Shown here one piece after another: positions 26,901 through 38,670 of a DNA stretch of 64,000 nucleotides. The stretch is from Dimorphilus gyrociliatus (taxonomy: Eukaryota > Animalia > Annelida). The notes below the pieces were generated by a model, which had not been told where the DNA came from, did no database searches, and saw nothing but the letters and a program-made list of their open reading frames with translations. Numbering within the stretch: the first letter of the stretch is position 1; the number at the start of each line of letters is the position of its first letter. The position numbers and the translations under genes were made by a program. The stretch spans positions 186,001 through 250,000 of the forward strand of contig CAJFCJ010000032.1 in NCBI GenBank assembly GCA_904063045.1. The letters are read 5' to 3'.

Positions 26901-29900
26901 CGACGCCTCTTAAGTTACTGGTTATACGTAAGGTAGTAGTATAGGATAAGTTTTGATGGAAAAAAGCCCCTTTGTGTTCAAATTTTAATGGTGTGAGTGT
27001 GTGTGTTTTTTATTTTTTTTTAAATTCAGAATTTTTTAAGTGTTGATAAATTAAAGGAAGCAGACAATAGGGCAGCAGAGGCTTTGCTGAAAACAATCGA
27101 TAACAAAAGCAGATGATATTAAAGAGAAAGAGGATGAAAAACGCAAAAGGATGAAGAGAGCGAGAGAGAAAGAGAGAGAGAGAGAAAAAATTGAACAAGA
27201 TAGAGAGATAAATAGATAGATAATTAGAGATAGAGAGATAGATAAACAGATAGAAAATACAGTTACTAATGCAAATTCTTGTTTATATTTTATTAATGAG
27301 AAAATCAAAATATAAACAACAAACAATGATACAACAATGATAGCCTAAAGAAAAAATAAGAGTATCAACGAACATAAACAACACAGTAGATATTCACGGG
27401 CGTCGTAAATTAAACGAAACGTTGCAGTAATTGAGAAGCAGCAACGCTTGTAATGGCGCCTGATTGATCGCATGTGTTCTTCCAAGCCTACATTTTCTGT
27501 TCATAACCACGCATAGATTCGTTTTTTATTCAATTATGCAAAAGTGAATATCTATGCATGTATCATAAAAATATACATCTGGAGAGACTGCATGAACTCG
27601 TATGAATGAATAATGAGTATTGACGAAGCGAGCGCGAGAGGAAAAGAGAGGCGAATTAGGCGGTGGGTGCCGGAGAATGGCGTCCCGCCGTCTCTCACGC
27701 CATACTCGCATTTGCACCGATGCACCGACGCTCGAAATTCGTCCATGTAACGTGGCGTCATACGCCAAACTCTCTCTCTCTCTCTCCATTATATGGCAGT
27801 CTTCATCTTCCGCTTGGAAAATTAGGTGTGAAAATGGTTGAAGGCCTTATCAGTGAGAAAATTTTCCTTATGCACGAAGAGCAATTTTAGGATAAAGTAT
27901 TTTTGTTTATTTTGTACAGAATTTTATTACCCGTTCACTTGTCCGTGATGCACTCCCACTAACGCCATTCAATACAAATTGTACAACGATAGAAAAACGC
28001 CCATTATACAAAATAAAAAAAATAGGTTATAAATCAGGAAACTTAATGGCATTGCCCGAATTATATTCTAAGACGTCACCAATTTCTAAACTCTCTTTCC
28101 GTATATGGATTTATAAAAGAAAATAAAAGAACAAGAAAATATTGCATGACTTATTTTGTGGCCGATTCGTGACGAAGCTTGTCCGCAACGCGAGTTTACG
28201 CTGCACCGCACCTGTCCGCACCGACGTCTAGTCACGCTATGGTTTTGTATGCATAAGCAGTGTTTTGATTTTGCCGATCGCGTGCTTTTGCTGTGTTTAC
28301 ATATCTCTATAACACTTTAGCTTTAATTCAATATCTTTAAACTTGTCCATTGTACAATTAAGAAACAACTTGAATGTAATAGCTAAATAAACAATCCCAA
28401 TATTGACATACCTGTGCAGATAGGAAAAAAGAAGAGGGAGAATTATAAGGAAGAGGAGGGGAGGCGCATGCAGGTATAGATTTTAGCCAAATTATATTTA
28501 TGTCAATAAGTATATATTTACAGTTTGATGATTAGGCCTATCTACCAAATGTTAATCCATGTATGTTTTATAAAAAGAAAATAATGGAATTTCTAATAGG
28601 CAGTAGTTATTTCTCTCTCTCTGTCTGTCTCTCTCTTAGTAGGTCAATTAAATTAAAAAGGTTGTTAAACCAATTTAGAATTCAATATAGTAATCATCAA
28701 AAGAATTTGGACATTTTCAAAGTATATTCTATTTAAAGTATCATTTTTAATTATAATGTTAAGAAATACAATTAAAAGATAATTTAGAATAGAAAATAAA
28801 TCTTTTATGATTCTTCTTTTTCTTATTATTATTATTAATAGTAGTATTAATATCATTATTATTATATAAAGGTATTACCAATCTCTCTCTCTCTCTCCCG
28901 CTCTGTACTTTTAGTACAGTAGTACAGTATAGAATTTAGTTTCTATTCTTTTTTGGGCAAGAACCTTTAACAACATAAGCCGGAAGAAAGAAATTATCAA
29001 TGCGTAAAGTTAATTAAAATTTATATCAAATTATAAAGAGAATGCGTAACAGAAAAAAGGTTACCTTGTCTTCTATTTTTACTCTTCTTCGGCTTTATTA
29101 TCATTAATATCATTTCAAACGTAATTAACTTTCAATAATCTTGTTTAAGTTTTGCTGTTGTGCCGCTGTTGTTTTGTTTAAAGAAATAAGGAACGATGGA
29201 GAAGGAAAATAGAGAGATGGATTGATAGAGAGAGAGAAAGCGGAAAAGAAAGGAAGACTAACAATTATTAATCGAAATATAAATCAATGGATCTTATTTC
29301 GATATTCTAAATAAAAATTTTGCCTCAATTAGATTCATCGAATGATGTTTTGGAAGAGAATTAAAGAATTTACTATTTTCGTATAAATATGATTATTTAT
29401 ATATATTTCGATTTATTTCTGCAATGATTTTCCCTTTGAACTCGGCTTGTTTGTCTAAAAAATAGTTAAATATACAAATTTTTTCCGAGAAACTTAAAAC
29501 CAACTAAAATGGAAATCTTATGAGTCTTTTAGATCGAATTATTTAGCAAGTCTCTTCAGTCATTTTATTGGATTTCCAGATATTTTTTTAGAATAGACTA
29601 GCGCCATCTGTCGTTTCGGTTCATTTAACTTTACTTTGTAAAATTCCGGTCGAATAAATGCTAATTCGTTGTTGGCGTATTTCTGTCTGCTTATTAAACT
29701 CTTCTACCCTTCATACTTCTTTTAGATGGTTCTTTTTTAGGGTACAATTAGAAGATTTCCATCAGTCTCCATTTCCATTCCAGCATTCATAGATTGCGTG
29801 TTTCCCATAATACTTTTACCCATCGTGTTACAAACAGGTTATACGCTGCATGTACTAAACATAGTAAATTATACGTACACACACATATATATATACATAT

Positions 29901-32211
29901 TTTAACAGATCAGCTGAAGAATATTGTTTTCTTCCTCTTCTTCTTCTTTCTCTCTTATTTCGTCCGACTTAAAATAGTGATTTGTTTTAATCCGATTCAA
30001 GCTGCCAACAATTAATTTTAACTCGTTTAAAGTACCTACTAAATGCTCTTAAATTAGAAAATTTTAGATGTTTTATTTCTTCCTTTCTCTCTCTCTCTCT
30101 CTCTCTCTTTTTCTTATTTTCTACTTTTTTCCTCTAATGAATGATCGTTGAGGCTTCTTAATAATTGAGAAAAAAAACATCGATAATTAACTCTAGGCAA
30201 ATTAGTTCGTTATTTCTTTATTAAGCCATTACATGAACTATATATATATATAGTATATAAAGTGTATATATCCATTGGTTTTGAAAGAGTAAATGGCGGA
30301 TAGAAAAGAAAAAGAAAAGGAATAATAACTATTAAACAGATTGGAGTTTGCTACATTCACGCTGTTACTCTGACAAAATATTAATTGCTTTGAATATATA
30401 TTTGCTATTTGCCACTTGAACTCTGGAATCCAACTATATATTATACAAGAATTGCGTATATAATGTATATAAAAAGCATTTTATTACCCATTTATCATTC
30501 AACTGTACTTAATGCAGTTTATATATTCAACGATAGATGGCGCTTAATTTTAACAATAATAAAAGCTAATATATTGCTCTTTTGTACTCTGCTTCCTTAT
30601 CGTGCTGAATGAAGACCATTTGTTTTATTCAAAAATGAAATTCAATCTCCCGTTCATAATTTATAGGAATATTTGTTTTTGAAAGATGTATACGAAAGTG
30701 ATAAATTATATACAACTAGCAAAATCATTCGTGATGGCTTGTTAACTTCTAGACCTGATTAATATTAAATTTAAAAGAAATAGTCTAACAGGTGGGGAAT
30801 GAGTCAGTCTGATGGATATTAATTAATTAATTCGTATTAGAGTAATTATTGACCAATTATTTTACTTACTCTTTAGCTCTCTGTCTCTCTTTTTCTTCCT
30901 CTGATTTAGTCTGTCTGTCTGTCTGTCTTTTCCTCTCTGTTCTTCACTGTCTCTCTCTCTCTCTCTCTTTACGAATCTGTCCTCCTCTATCTTCCTCCAT
31001 CATTTTCAATCTCTTATTGTCTTATTTGTATGTAGAGAGGGAAAGAGGAGGAAAATTTTCTTATCCTATCAAGATCTTTTAACCTTTTGTATTGCCTTAC
31101 AAATACGCGCGTTTTCCAAATCTATTATTATTACGATTAAGTTTCTAATAGATTAGACTTAATTTCCGTTAAATGGAAAAAAAAATCCATCTTCCTCGTA
31201 GATTTTCCCTAAAACTAAAAGGAAATAATAGAGAAATAACTAGAAGTATGTCAATAGAGTTAAAAAGGGTTGACTTTGAAATGTGACCGAATTCTCTCTG
31301 ATCGCGTGTTATGTCGTTATACTTTATATTTAGGAATTTTTATAAATATGTTTTTGCCTTTAGCGTCTATTTTTTCTGGAGAAAAAAGAAGAAAGAAAAG
31401 AAGAAAGAAGAGAATGCATAATTCTTTTCTTTTTTCTTTTTAATTGATCTTCTTTAAAAAGAAAATGATTTATATTAAAAAAAGAAATGTTACATTTCTC
31501 TTTTTCTCATACTTTCTCTTTCTCCCCTACCTCCTCCTCTTTTCAAATATATAGTACCTTTGATATGCCTAGATATTGATTTTCCTAAAAGTAGATATAG
31601 CGAAAATAATATATCAATAGATATATATATATATACATAGATAGAGTGTTAATACATTCTTTTCCAGCTAGCCAGCTAGTACCATATTTTATATATGAAT
31701 TGTTTTAATTAATAATTTGTAACAGTTTGTCTAGTTAATGAAATGAAAAGAAATTCAAATTTAACGATAATAAAAATAATAATAATAATAGTTTCTTATA
31801 CAAGAAGAGTAGGAAGAGGCAATATAATCGATAAATGTAACAGATGTTTTATAAAATATGTTTGTTGCACATATATTAGTGATAGAAAATATTAAATATT
31901 ATTTCAATCAAAAGGAAAAGAAAAATGTAGTTTCACGCCTTTCATACGAATTTATAGTATTGTATTTATTATAGAAACGTTTCATAATAAACACGTTACT
32001 ATTCTCTTCTTCTTCTTCTTCTTCTTCGTCTTATCCGAGTTGACTTCTAACCGTCTTTGTTCTATCTTAAAACCAATATACTATGCTATACATTATACAT
32101 CATGCGCTGTATTTTTATGTATTTTTAAGTCTATTTTAAACATTTTTTAGCCTATTTTCAATATTGATTCAGTGAATGAGCGCGCTCCCAGCTGCTACAA
32201 AATATTTAGAG

Positions 32212-33666
32212 ATGTCTACCGTAAAAGATTCAGCAATAAGAACGATTGTTTTGTACTTATGCTATTTTGCAACGGTAAGATTGAATAGAAAAATAAGTAT
32301 CCAATAGGCGTCTAATCTTTGTTCATTCTACACCATTCTAACTAAGCCTTTTAATTTGAATTTGTTTATAATACAGGGTATTCACGTGATTATTCTACCA
32401 TGTAGTCTGGTTGAAATTGGTAAATATACTTCATCGACAATCTCTGAAGTAACTCTATTGGTTACTCTAAGGGCTGTTGGAGACATCTTAGGTGGTTTCA
32501 TAGCTGTACCTCTACTTGAATATGTTAATCCGTATTTTTATATGACAATAACCGGACTAGTCGCAGCTATCTTCCAGTCAATCGGAATTTGGTTTAAAGA
32601 TATTACGATAATGGGATTATTTATGGGCATTGGTTCACTTGGTCATTCCACTTTAATTATTGGTTCAAATGCTGAAGTGTTACGAGAATGGGACACAAAA
32701 TCAGCCGGATGGATACAAGGTTTGCACGGATCGTTTGCTGTAGGTGCTCTCGTTGCACCTTTAATGATTCAACCTTTCCTTACAACATCAAAACTTGCCA
32801 AACATGTTGTCATTCAAAAAGCATTTTTGATTGACGGTGCAATTCTACTATGTGTTTGTGTATTTTTATTTACTGTATGGCTATACTACTACAGGACTAT
32901 TAAATATGTTAGTGCTCACCAAAGCTCTTTAAAAGAAATGTTCTTTAATGTAATAAAAGCAATTGGATTTAATAGGAAATTCTCTTTCATGGTCGTTGTA
33001 ATTCTCTATTTCATATTGGAAGTCGGAATGGAAGCAACGTCTATTAGTCTACTAAGTCACTACTGTGTTCACTATCTGGCCTGGAGCGAGCACAAGGCTG
33101 CTCTACTAGTCTTTGTTTTGACATTATTCTATTCAGTTGCCAGATTTTTCAATGCAGGAATAACAAGATGCTTGAAGACAACTATTCTCCTGGTCGGCAG
33201 TTTCCTTATTTCAATTTTTTCCATGTTTCTATTATCGTTTAGCTATAAGCATGAATCTATCGTTTGGATATCTGTAGCATTGATGGGTGTTGGAAGGGCA
33301 GCGTTATATCCTGGTTGCGTTGTCTTTGTCGATCATTTTCTGCCTGTTAGACAGTCTTTAGGCATCGTCTTTCACCTAAGTGCAAGTATAGGAAGTTTAA
33401 TATTACCTCAAATCGCAGCTCGTATTGTCCAATCATACGGCTATCAGTGGTATGGAGTTGCCCTATTGGTTATAACTTCTCTCATGTTTATTTCATTCAA
33501 TATACTTATTCTGATAAGTAAAAATATGAAACCTCAAAATTATGTCTCCGACGATCTTAACGAAAAAATCATTATGTCCGAAGAAAAGAGTTCAAAGAAT
33601 GAAACAGACGAAGCGAGTATCCATTCAAGTATTAACGACACTAATATCCCTTCATACTCCAAATAG
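32212..33666 (+). CDS. MFS transporter, MFSD4/Na-dependent glucose transporter-like, copy 1 (exons 32212-32274, 32377-33666; in-frame alternative ATG at 32176)
   Basis: About 12 hydrophobic segments. MFSD4-type motifs include WIQGLHGSFAVGALVAPLMIQPFL and YFILEVGMEA. Donor ACG|GTAAGA and acceptor atacag. Confidence 0.88.
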
Positions 33667-33856
33667 CGAGTAATGATAAACGTGAAGAAATTAAAGACAT
33701 ATGAAGTATTATAAACTAAAAGAGTTTAATTATTTTTATGTTTTATTCTACTTTTAAATTAAAAGATATTTATTTTCATTATGCTCAAAATTTTAGCGAA
33801 AAGAAGGTTAAAAGTCATCGTTAGTCGCAAGACCTTCTATTATTCAATTCTTCATA

Positions 33857-34674
33857 TAGTACCGTCGGTAAGTCACTGTTACACCTCAAAAAAATAATAT
33901 TTTCTTGATTTTTTCTCTTTCCGTACTTAAAGAATGAAAATGAAGGATATTATTATATTTAATAATAGTATTTTATGTGCATACCCTTAGCTTCTACAAC
34001 TGCCCTAAGCCTTCTTTCCATTGTCTCATATAAGAATTGAATTTCCAGTTCTGAAATTTTAAAAAATTTCTCTCTGAACATCTCCCACAGCTCATCCTTG
34101 TTTCTTGGCTTATGTGCCATTAAATGTTTTTTGCATATGCCCCATATTTGCTCAATAATGTTCAGGTCTGGGCTGTTTGCTGGCCATGGATCAAGTGTTT
34201 CCACTTCCTTTCTTTTGAGGTACACTTTTGTTATGGATGCTGTATGACAGCTAGCCCCATCCTGCTGGAAAATTTCCCCTCTCTTATAATTTGAAACAAG
34301 ACGACTGCTTAAAATTTTGATATAGTCTGAAGCTGTCAAGCAATTAGACACTAAAGTTAGGTCCCTATCTTTGTCAACTGTTAGATTACACATAAATGAC
34401 CTTAAAATCTGGTTAAAAGTGACACTACTCAATGGTCAGGGTAAATTTTTGAACATAACTGATGCTTATGCTTTTCCATAAATAGGTCTATCACTTTAAA
34501 GCGATCGTATTTCGGAAATTTAAAATGAAAAACATATATTTTCTTTCTATAATGATAAGAAGAATATTATTAAATATAATAATATCCTTCATTTTCATTC
34601 TGTAAGTACGGAAAGAGAAAAAACCAGGAAAATATTATTTTTATGAGGTGTACAATGACTTTTCACCGATATTG
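33857..34674 (-). mobile_element. Internally deleted Tc1/mariner DNA transposon (~818 bp) with ~110 bp imperfect TIRs and TA target duplication
   Basis: 33857-33967 is the inverted complement of 34565-34674, for example acacctcaaaaaaataatattttcttgattttttctctttccgtactt vs aagtacggaaagagaaaaaaccaggaaaatattatttttatgaggtgt. TA flanks are at 33855-56 and 34675-76. ORF 33959-34432 carries FQQDGASCHT and WPANSPDLNIIEQIW (second D and E of DDE) but lacks the DNA-binding domain and first D. Confidence 0.93.
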
Positions 34675-35280
34675 TATATGATATTGATATGCAAATATAC
34701 AAATATTGTACAATTTAAACACTTTTTAAAGCTAAACATTCCAAAAATGACTTAAGTTTATTTGTTGTTTAAGTTACCCTTTCAATTCAATTTATGATAC
34801 AATCAGCTTACTTGAACATAAATTCAGAAGATGTAAAATTACATAGGCAAGAACGAAATAATGTATAAATTAATAAAAGAACAAATAATACTTACATATT
34901 ATCTCCTACAGTGAGGTTATTTAGGACACTTTACAACTAGTTTTATCATGAATAGCTTTTTTGTCATTTTCTTTACAAAATTATGACTAGGAAAGAGTAA
35001 ATTGAATGGCTAAATGTAGGAATGCAAGTATACAAAGAAAACATATGAAAAGGAGGGGGCAGATCTTCACAAATAAATAAATACCGTAGGGGAAAAAGAG
35101 TACATTTTCTATTGAATATTGAAAATATTCTTCACAAACTTATTTCTAAAATATATACAGTATAAAATAGTATTGAGCTGGAACTGTCATCATAGTTATA
35201 ATGACTGCACTTGCCCCAACTCCAAAAGATATCACCTCAACAATGTCTACAATCTAAATTGTTTATTAAAAAGGTGAAAA

Positions 35281-36747
35281 ATGAAAGAAAAGAAACACGT
35301 TGTTCTAAGAACATTTTCAATATACGGAATTATTCTAGCTCAGGTAAGATGAAGAAATTGAACTAATTAACTAGTTTATTGTTATTATTATCTAATTTCT
35401 AAAATTCTCTTGTAGAGTCTTTACACTATCTTGCCATCATATGCCTTAATTGAATTACAAAACTATACTAATTCAACATTATCATCTATTACCAATGTAA
35501 TTACTATAAAATCATTTGGAGGAATTACTGGGAGTGTTCTAGCTGGATATCTTCTGGAAACTGTTGATCCATACTTTTTTATGTCTATATCTGGAATAAT
35601 TGCAACTATTTTTCAAGTAATAGGAGTATATTTTCATCAAGTTGTGTGGATGGCCATATTTTTACACATTAGCTGGATGGCCTCGTCAGTGATATTCATT
35701 GCAGCTAATATAGAAGTTTTAAGAGAATGGGATAAAGAGGCCGCAAAATGGTTACAAGGTCTCTACGTAGCCTTCGGTATTGGTATTACTTTAGCTCCAA
35801 TTATCATTCAACCTTTCCTAGCAAAAGATATTGGACCCGAAAATGTTCAAATTCAATACTCTTTCTTAATAAGTGGGGGATTATACGCGCTTTCGTCTAT
35901 AATAGTATTTGGAGTTTGGTTATATTATTCAAGGGAAATTGTTTTTAAAGGAAAAGAAAAAAAGAAAAGCTTTACAGAAAAAGTACAAACGCTGAAAAAA
36001 GAGTTTGGATTCAATCGGAAGTTATTATTCACGATATGTGTTTTCCTCTTTTACGTCCTCTGCGTGGGCATTGAATACGGTATATTTAGCCTACTGAATC
36101 ATTTTGTTGTAATTTATCTGAAATGGACATCGAAAGGAACAATTTATTTAATACTTTTAATGTCTGCGTGTTTTGCTGCAAACTCATTCTTTGGTGCATT
36201 ATTAGCAAAGTATATAAAAGTAACAACATTATTGGTATGTTCATTCTTCCTCTGCTTCTTTTCCATGATACTGTTGTTATTCTTTAAAGATGAGAAAACA
36301 ACTTGGGTAGCAGCTACTGCATTTGGTTTAGGTATATCCATTATCTATCCATGTGCAATAGTGTTCATTGATAAATATATAGGTGTTAGGAAATCTTTAG
36401 GCTGTATTTTCCATTTAAGTGGACAAGTTGGAGTCATAGTTTTGCCTCAAGTAACAGCAGATGTAATGGAACTTGAAGGTTATCAGTGGATGCCTATTTT
36501 GATGTTAGTGTATATTTGCTTGAATTTTTTGATTTTCGGTATAATGATATGGTTAAGCTATGGATTAGAAGAAATTGATTATTCTTCCTTGGAAAAAGAA
36601 GAAGAGGAAAAATCCGAAGATAAAATCAGTTTCGCTAAGGATATTAATAAAGTTATTTTGAACAATAACAAATCTGAATTTACGCCAATAATTTCAAATT
36701 ATAAGAAAATTTCTTATGATGTGATCCAAACTATAATAAATCATTAA
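35281..36747 (+). CDS. MFS transporter, MFSD4/NaGLT-like, copy 2 (exons 35281-35343, 35416-36747)
   Basis: Paralog of copy 1 (LLETVDPYFFM vs LLEYVNPYFYM; EVLREWD in both; LAPIIIQPFL). It has the same 63-nt first coding exon and phase-0 intron. Confidence 0.88.
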
Positions 36748-37373
36748 TCTTATTAATAATGAAAACTCGTTCTATTGGAATATTTTATTAATGATTGAAG
36801 CTTTTAATGTAGGATATTAAACTATCCCTTTGAAAGTAGCCTTAAATAGTAAAGTAGCAGTAAAAACTGGTTTTTGTCCCGCCTAGTAACATGACAATGG
36901 TATTTTAATAGCGGGGATAAAAGAAATCAATATTTATAGTGAAGAAGGATCGGGTTTAGAAGAAAATTTTGAACATTTGATGATCCATTTATTCACTATA
37001 CACAATTGAAAGAATCTAAGCAATTTTGTGGTTAACTACAAAGAGAAAAAGTGATTCAATATCATAGAGGTTCATTGTATTACATAGGAAATTTATCAAT
37101 CTAAAGTATGTATTTGGATTTTAAACGACCACATTTTTTTGATTAATTATTCCTCTTTTATCCCATATTCTACAAGTTTCGACTAAGTTTTTCAATAAAA
37201 TTCTATGCTATATACAAAAGAAAATGAAAATGTTCCCAATGTTCCTAAAACTTTTTAACCCACTTGTAACTTCAATTGTATTCATAACTAGCCTTTAAAT
37301 TTGAAGAACAACAAGACATGAACATGAACAAGAGCAAGATTATTTCAATATTCAATAGCCTTTTACTCTCAAG

Positions 37374-38670
37374 TTAATCAATAGATGTTGCCGCATCGAT
37401 GACTAATGTACTTCCATTAGTTCCTCTTGCGGAATGCGAGCAGAGAAAAGCTATCATCTCGGAGATCTTTTGAAGAAGAAATACTTCAATTATTACATTG
37501 TATTTGTAATTTACAGTATAAAGGTATATTAGGAAAAGAAACAAACGCTTTCGACGGGAACCCAGTCCTTGGAGGGAAATTTGTCCATAGCTTCATGTAG
37601 TATTTTCTTCTCGCGAATTCCGGAAGTTTCCGACATGACCTTGATATAAGTCATGAAAACTGTTCCATAAAGACTATTGTTAAATACACCATGTATATCA
37701 TAACCATTTGATTCACTTACGTGGAGTTTTAACAGCCCCGGGACATATTACATTACAAGTGATGTTAGCTTCCGCAACCTCCAGTGCTACAGCTTTCGTT
37801 AAACCTATAATACCGTGTTTTACCGAACAATATGCCGCTTCGCCAGTAGATCCTAGTGATCCTAGGATGGAAGATACATTGATTATCCTTCCAAATTCTT
37901 CGTCTCTCATTTTAGGAAGGAAAGCCTTGAATTAATTTGAATAATTGAATGAATTAGAGGAAAAAGATTTGTATATGTATCGTATATAAACCTTAATCAA
38001 TTTAAACGGAGCAGTTAGCATAACATCTATATTTTTTTGCCAGTTTTCAATTGTTAAATCTTCAATTTCGGCAGATTTTTGGAAACCTTTGATAGTATTT
38101 TTATGAAATGATAAATTTGTTTTAGCTTTTTCATTATCAATGAAATATAGGTAAACGTTTACCTGCATTATTAACTAGAATATCAAGTGTTGGACAAAGA
38201 GAAAAGACTTCTTGGACTAAATTATCAATATCCTCTGCCTTGGCTAAATCACAATAGCAGTAATGAACAGTCACGTCATAATCGCTGAAACGTTGGAATT
38301 TCACCATTAACTTGCTGATCTTTCTCTCTCTCTATTTTAGAATATATATTACCTTTGAATAGTTTCTTTAATTTTATCAATTTCTTCTTCACTGCCAAAT
38401 CCATTCAAGATAACGTTACACCCTTTAACGGCCAAGCTTTTCGCTATTGCTATTCATAAATAGGATTCTTTTAAATACCAAAACGATAAAGGTAGACAAA
38501 TTTGAACTATAAAATAAATAGATTGAATCTACATATTATTACCTAGGCCAATGCCGGATGTAGATCCAGTTATTAAAGCGTACTTTCCCTGCAAATCTAA
38601 AAAAATACCACAAATGACACAAGTAATTTAGTTATGTAAACATCTACAAACATTTTTGAGTAAGTTCCAT
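37374..38670 (-). CDS. Classical SDR resembling bacterial-type D-3-hydroxybutyrate dehydrogenase, 8 exons (38670-38652, 38596-38543, 38449-38353, 38284-38163, 38086-37992, 37925-37721, 37659-37547, 37466-37374)
   Basis: Spliced product [43 protein letters not shown]...DILVNNAGFQK...GRIINVSSILG...AAYCSVKHGIIGLTKAVALE...NVICPGAVKTP...TLVIDAATSID. It has TGxxxGIG, NNAG and YxxxK motifs plus the LNGFG motif typical of bdhA-like enzymes. All phases are consistent. The first exon is less certain (alternative ATG at 38690). Confidence 0.9.

Noticed and set aside
37374-38670. Recent horizontal transfer of a bacterial bdhA
   Set aside because: Seven spliceosomal introns and host-like composition; bacterial-type BDH homologs occur in other animals. 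An ancient origin cannot be judged without a phylogeny.
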